NCBI GenBank assembly: GCA_021162065.1
Contig: JAGGZK010000049.1
Coordinates: 11,952-75,951, forward strand
DNA from: Thermoplasmata archaeon
GTDB taxonomy: Archaea > Thermoplasmatota > E2 > UBA202 > JdFR-43
Direction: 5' to 3'
Length of the DNA: 64,000 bases
The notes under the pieces are model-generated. The model worked only from the letters and a program-made list of their open reading frames with translations, was not told where the DNA came from and did no database searches. Shown here piece by piece: positions 60,286-64,000 of the stretch (positions within the stretch are counted from its first letter, which is position 1; each line of letters starts with the position of its first letter). The position numbers and the translations under genes are program-made.

Positions 60286-63200
60286 ATTCCTATCCTTCGC
60301 CTTTTCATAAATATCAGTATGGCAGAGGCAGCCAGAAGTATCATGAGCTCAAATCCGGGCGTCTTCTCCTTCTCTCTCACATTCACCACAAAGGTGAAGG
60401 TGTCCTGCGCCCCATCGTCGTCCACAACCGTGAGAGTCACAGTATACGGCTTCTTTTCACCAAAAGCATGTTTCACCTCCTCTCCATATGCATCTATGAT
60501 GCCATCGCTTTCAAAATCCCAGGAATAATTTTTAATTTCACCATCTGCATCCTTGCTGGCACTGGCATTGAAGGTAACCACCTCATCCTGTCTGGGCTTC
60601 TCAGGCTTGAATGTGAAAAGGGCGGTTGGAGGCTTATTTTTAATCGTAAGCCATACCGACATCACTCCAATATCGTTGTCATCGTCTTTAACGATGAGTT
60701 TCACGGTGTAGTTTCCGTCATCGCCGTATCTATGGGTGGCATTCTCGGTATAGGAGATGTTGCCGTCTCCGAAATCCCATGTATGATTCACGATCTCGCC
60801 ATCCTCATCATAACTGTGGGAAATGAAACTCACATCCTGAATATCCGTAGGCTCCTCAGGTGTCCAGGTGAAATTGGCAACAGGAGGAACATTTCTTATA
60901 AGAATTGCACGGGATGTGCTGGATGTGGAGCCGTCGTTATCCACAACGGTAAGAACAACGGTGTAGATTCCATTCTCAGCATATATGTGCTCGGGATTCT
61001 TTTCATAACTGTAATTTCCATCTCCAAACTGCCAAGATATGTTGACTATCTCGCCATCCGCATCATAGGAGTGGTCCATGAATTTTACAGGCTCAACATC
61101 ATTTGGTTCATCCGGGGTATAATCGAAGAAGGCAGAGGGCGGAACATTCTTTATCTCCATTATCTTTGATATGAAATCTGTGCCCCCATCGTCGTCCTCT
61201 ATGGACAGCCTTACAATATATGTGCCATTATCCGGATATACATGCTTCACCTCCATTCCATAGGCAATGCTCCCGTCTCCAAAGTCCCAGGTGTAGTTAA
61301 CAATCATGCCATCTATATCGTAGGAGGAAGAAGCATTGAACACAATTTCATCAATATCAGTTGGCTCCTCAGGGGTCCAGGTGAAATTGGCAACAGGATT
61401 ATTGTTTTCTATCATTATTCCGTGGGAAATGCTTGCTGTGTCGCCATCATCATCCATAACAGTGAGTGTAATCTCGTAAACTCCATTGTCATCGTAACTG
61501 TGCTTCACCTCCATTCCATAGGCAATGCTCCCGTCTCCAAAGTCCCAGGTGTAATTAACAATAATGCCATCTATATCGTAGGAGGAAGAAGCATTGAAGG
61601 TGACATCCTCCTTTGCCATAATTTCACCCGTTGGCACAGTAAAGGAGGGAGATGGCGGAACATTCAGCACAGTAATCTCTAAAGATAGTTCATCCGTTCC
61701 TCCATCATCATCCATCACAGAAAGTGTAACCATATAGTTTCCATTGTTAGCATAGGTATGCTTCACCTCCATTCCATAGGCAATGCTCCCGTCTCCAAAG
61801 TCCCAGGTGTAGTTAACAATCATGCCATCTATATCGTAGGAGGAAGAAGCATTGAATGTAACTTCTTCAATATCTGTAGGCTTCTCTGGAACCCAAGTGA
61901 AATTGGCAACAGGATAGGTGTTAAGAACCGTTATCTCCTTCTCAATGCTTCCGTTGTTGCCATCGTTATCAAATATGGTGAGGTTTACAATATACACTCC
62001 ATTGTCGGCATAAAAGTGGGTAGGATTCTGCTCATTGCTTGTATTTCCATCTCCAAAGTCCCACTGCCATGCCACAATGGTGCCGTCAAGATCGACGGAG
62101 TTATCATAAAACGAAACGCTCTGGTACGTGTATGGAGTTGTGGGAGCGAAGGAGAAATACGCCACCGGCAATCCCGCCCTTCTTATGAGCGGACGGTAAT
62201 CCATTCCGTAGCCATTTATCCTGTATGGAACATCCCCTATGCCATCCTCATTGAGATCCGTGCCGGAATAATCATCCCAGTAGTTTCCAACACTGTCGTT
62301 CCATACATTTACGGTGTTGTCATACACATGCTCTCCATTCCCCACAAAGTTGTTGAAATGGAAAACATTGTTTGGAGAATACTGCAGGTAAACGCCCCAT
62401 GCGTTGTTCTCAAAATCGCTGTGATGAAATACATTATCGTGGCACTGGAATAGCCAAACACCGTTGACAAAGTTGTTGACTATCCTGCTTCCCTCCACAG
62501 TGTTATTGAAGGCATATCTCATTATCATTCCATTATTGTTTCCATATATCTCACAATCCTTTATTTCCGAAGAAGAGGTGTACTGCATCAGTATGCCCGC
62601 ATAGGAATTGTCGAAAATGCCGCATCCCTCCACCTGGATGTCCATGCCATTGGTTGTGATACCATAATAATTGTTGTAAACACTGCATCCCTCCACCCTC
62701 ACATTGCTTCCTGTAATCTTTATGCCCGCATCATCCCAGGCATTTCTCACATTTAGATTTATCATCTCCACATCATCAGAGTTTATATACACAACCATTT
62801 CCCCATTCCCGTCCAGAATGCTTCCTTCCTCTCCAGTGATAAACATTCTCTTGGATACTATTATATTTTCAACATATGTTCCGTCAAAGATGTGGCATCC
62901 TCCAGCCTCCACCACATTATCTATGGCATTTCCCACGGAAGTGAAATGGTCAAGTCCCCATCCGGGGAATGATGGATCGTATTTCCCATTCACCCATACA
63001 AAAAGGGGCGGATTCTGGACAGGATTCATCAGAGGATATTCATCTATGGCGCCGCCATTTATGAGATATGGCTCGTCACCCATTCCATCCCTGTTGGCGT
63101 CTGTACCATCATAATCCCACCAGTAATTTCCGATGGCATCCTCCCTTAATCCATTCCAGCTGTTGTCGCACTCGTCATAGGAAGGATTGTTCATGAAATT

Positions 63201-64000
63201 GTTGTGGTAGATGCCGTTTCCATTGGAGTTCTGCACAATGCATAATCCATAATTTCCGTTGTTTTCAAAGGTATTGTCGTATATCATATTATCCATGGAG
63301 CCATGGCTTATCTCCATTCCAAAGTAGGAGTTGTTGTGCAATTTGTTGCTCCAGATGCTGGAATGGGAAACATTGAAAAGAAATATGCCCTTCATGCAAT
63401 CGTAGAATTCACTTCCTCCTATGCTGCAGTTCATGGAGTTTATGAGATATGCTCCAAATATGGCATCCGTGGCAGAACAGTTGTAGATGCTTACATTCAT
63501 CGCACCCAACACCTTTATTCCATTCATGTCAGCATATATGGTAAAGCCCTCCACCCTCACATAGCTGGCAAGGATGAATATTCCCTCGCCTGGGGAATCG
63601 ATGACGGCATCCTCTCCAACCAACGTCAACCTCTTTTCGACCACAATCTCCTGGGCATAGTAACCTGGGTAGACATAGCATTCTCCTCCCTCCTGCACCG
63701 CATCTATGGCCATCTGTATCTCATCAAAATGGTCTATACCCCATCCGGGAGTGGTGGAGTCATAGTCATCATCGACCCACACAAACATTGGGGAGGAGGA
63801 TATTTCATACACCAGCGGGCGGTAATCCATGTTGCTCCCCACTGCATAGGACACATCTCCTATGCCGTCCTGGTTGGCGTCTGGAGCAGAGTAATCATCC
63901 CAGTAGTTTCCAACGCTGCTATTCCATATGTTGGCTCCAGTATCGTAGGCATTTATTCCATTTCCTATAAAATTGTTATGATGAATGAGGTTGGCATAGG
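60273..64000 (-). CDS. Giant NosD + ~7x PKD surface protein with PGF-CTERM, 5' partial
   Basis: Frame stays open past 63854 to the window end (HNNFIGN..GNYWDDY); WDFGDG repeats; TPGFE-TM-KRRR tail. Confidence 0.88.
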   Translation of the reverse strand, partial: YANLIHHNNFIGNGINAYDTGANIWNSSVGNYWDDYSAPDANQDGIGDVSYAVGSNMDYRPLVYEISSSPMFVWVDDDYDSTTPGWGIDHFDEIQMAIDAVQEGGECYVYPGYYAQEIVVEKRLTLVGEDAVIDSPGEGIFILASYVRVEGFTIYADMNGIKVLGAMNVSIYNCSATDAIFGAYLINSMNCSIGGSEFYDCMKGIFLFNVSHSSIWSNKLHNNSYFGMEISHGSMDNMIYDNTFENNGNYGLCIVQNSNGNGIYHNNFMNNPSYDECDNSWNGLREDAIGNYWWDYDGTDANRDGMGDEPYLINGGAIDEYPLMNPVQNPPLFVWVNGKYDPSFPGWGLDHFTSVGNAIDNVVEAGGCHIFDGTYVENIIVSKRMFITGEEGSILDGNGEMVVYINSDDVEMINLNVRNAWDDAGIKITGSNVRVEGCSVYNNYYGITTNGMDIQVEGCGIFDNSYAGILMQYTSSSEIKDCEIYGNNNGMIMRYAFNNTVEGSRIVNNFVNGVWLFQCHDNVFHHSDFENNAWGVYLQYSPNNVFHFNNFVGNGEHVYDNTVNVWNDSVGNYWDDYSGTDLNEDGIGDVPYRINGYGMDYRPLIRRAGLPVAYFSFAPTTPYTYQSVSFYDNSVDLDGTIVAWQWDFGDGNTSNEQNPTHFYADNGVYIVNLTIFDNDGNNGSIEKEITVLNTYPVANFTWVPEKPTDIEEVTFNASSSYDIDGMIVNYTWDFGDGSIAYGMEVKHTYANNGNYMVTLSVMDDDGGTDELSLEITVLNVPPSPSFTVPTGEIMAKEDVTFNASSSYDIDGIIVNYTWDFGDGSIAYGMEVKHSYDDNGVYEITLTVMDDDGDTASISHGIMIENNNPVANFTWTPEEPTDIDEIVFNASSSYDIDGMIVNYTWDFGDGSIAYGMEVKHVYPDNGTYIVRLSIEDDDGGTDFISKIMEIKNVPPSAFFDYTPDEPNDVEPVKFMDHSYDADGEIVNISWQFGDGNYSYEKNPEHIYAENGIYTVVLTVVDNDGSTSSTSRAILIRNVPPVANFTWTPEEPTDIQDVSFISHSYDEDGEIVNHTWDFGDGNISYTENATHRYGDDGNYTVKLIVKDDDNDIGVMSVWLTIKNKPPTALFTFKPEKPRQDEVVTFNASASKDADGEIKNYSWDFESDGIIDAYGEEVKHAFGEKKPYTVTLTVVDDDGAQDTFTFVVNVREKEKTPGFELMILLAASAILIFMKRRRIGIWRM
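61242..61856. repeat. Three near-identical ~98-bp intragenic segments with a 258-bp period
   Basis: 61243-61340 is identical to 61759-61856; 61501-61598 differs at 2 nt. Confidence 0.9.

Noticed and set aside
59599..60528. Long antisense ORFs (also 8969-9562, 20031-20918, 39266-40027, 60468-62453)
   Set aside because: Shadows of well-supported genes on the other strand, with no recognisable motifs
61242..61856. DGR template/variable repeats or a CRISPR array
   Set aside because: The repeats are in-frame PKD coding sequence with only 2 mismatches; no reverse transcriptase, cas genes or spacer structure

Overview
Gene-dense archaeal chromosome segment. Pus10-L21e-Rpo4-DUF655-KsgA, Alba, Rpp21, GGTGA ribosome-binding sites, BRE/TATA promoters and many PKD/NosD/C25 secreted proteins point to Thermoplasmata, probably the MBG-D/E2-like sediment lineage (inference). 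It holds about 60 CDSs and two tRNAs (Leu-CAA; a CAT tRNA that looks like Ile2). I saw no CRISPR array, rRNA, intact transposase or integrase. Highlights: (1) an 8-gene coupled operon with two LeuC/LeuD-type hydro-lyases (one with a rewired active site), an HD protein, a CitF-type CoA transferase, a citryl-CoA-lyase-like enzyme and an ICDH/IPMDH-family dehydrogenase, which suggests an uncharacterised ACP-free tricarboxylate pathway; (2) a bacterial-type queA-tgt queuosine pair in an archaeon; (3) an AT-richer block encoding a flavoprotein, NfnAB and a group 3b hydrogenase; (4) IS-end-like 19-bp repeats around an AT-rich gene, beside an orphan promoter plus hairpin and an unannotated 50-aa Zn-finger ORF; (5) a HEAT-Mrr nuclease gene next to a tRNA; (6) a long-chain prenyl synthase coupled to a degenerate UbiA-like protein; (7) a shared C-terminal module on secreted proteins. 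All calls come from reading motifs by eye; no database searches were run.
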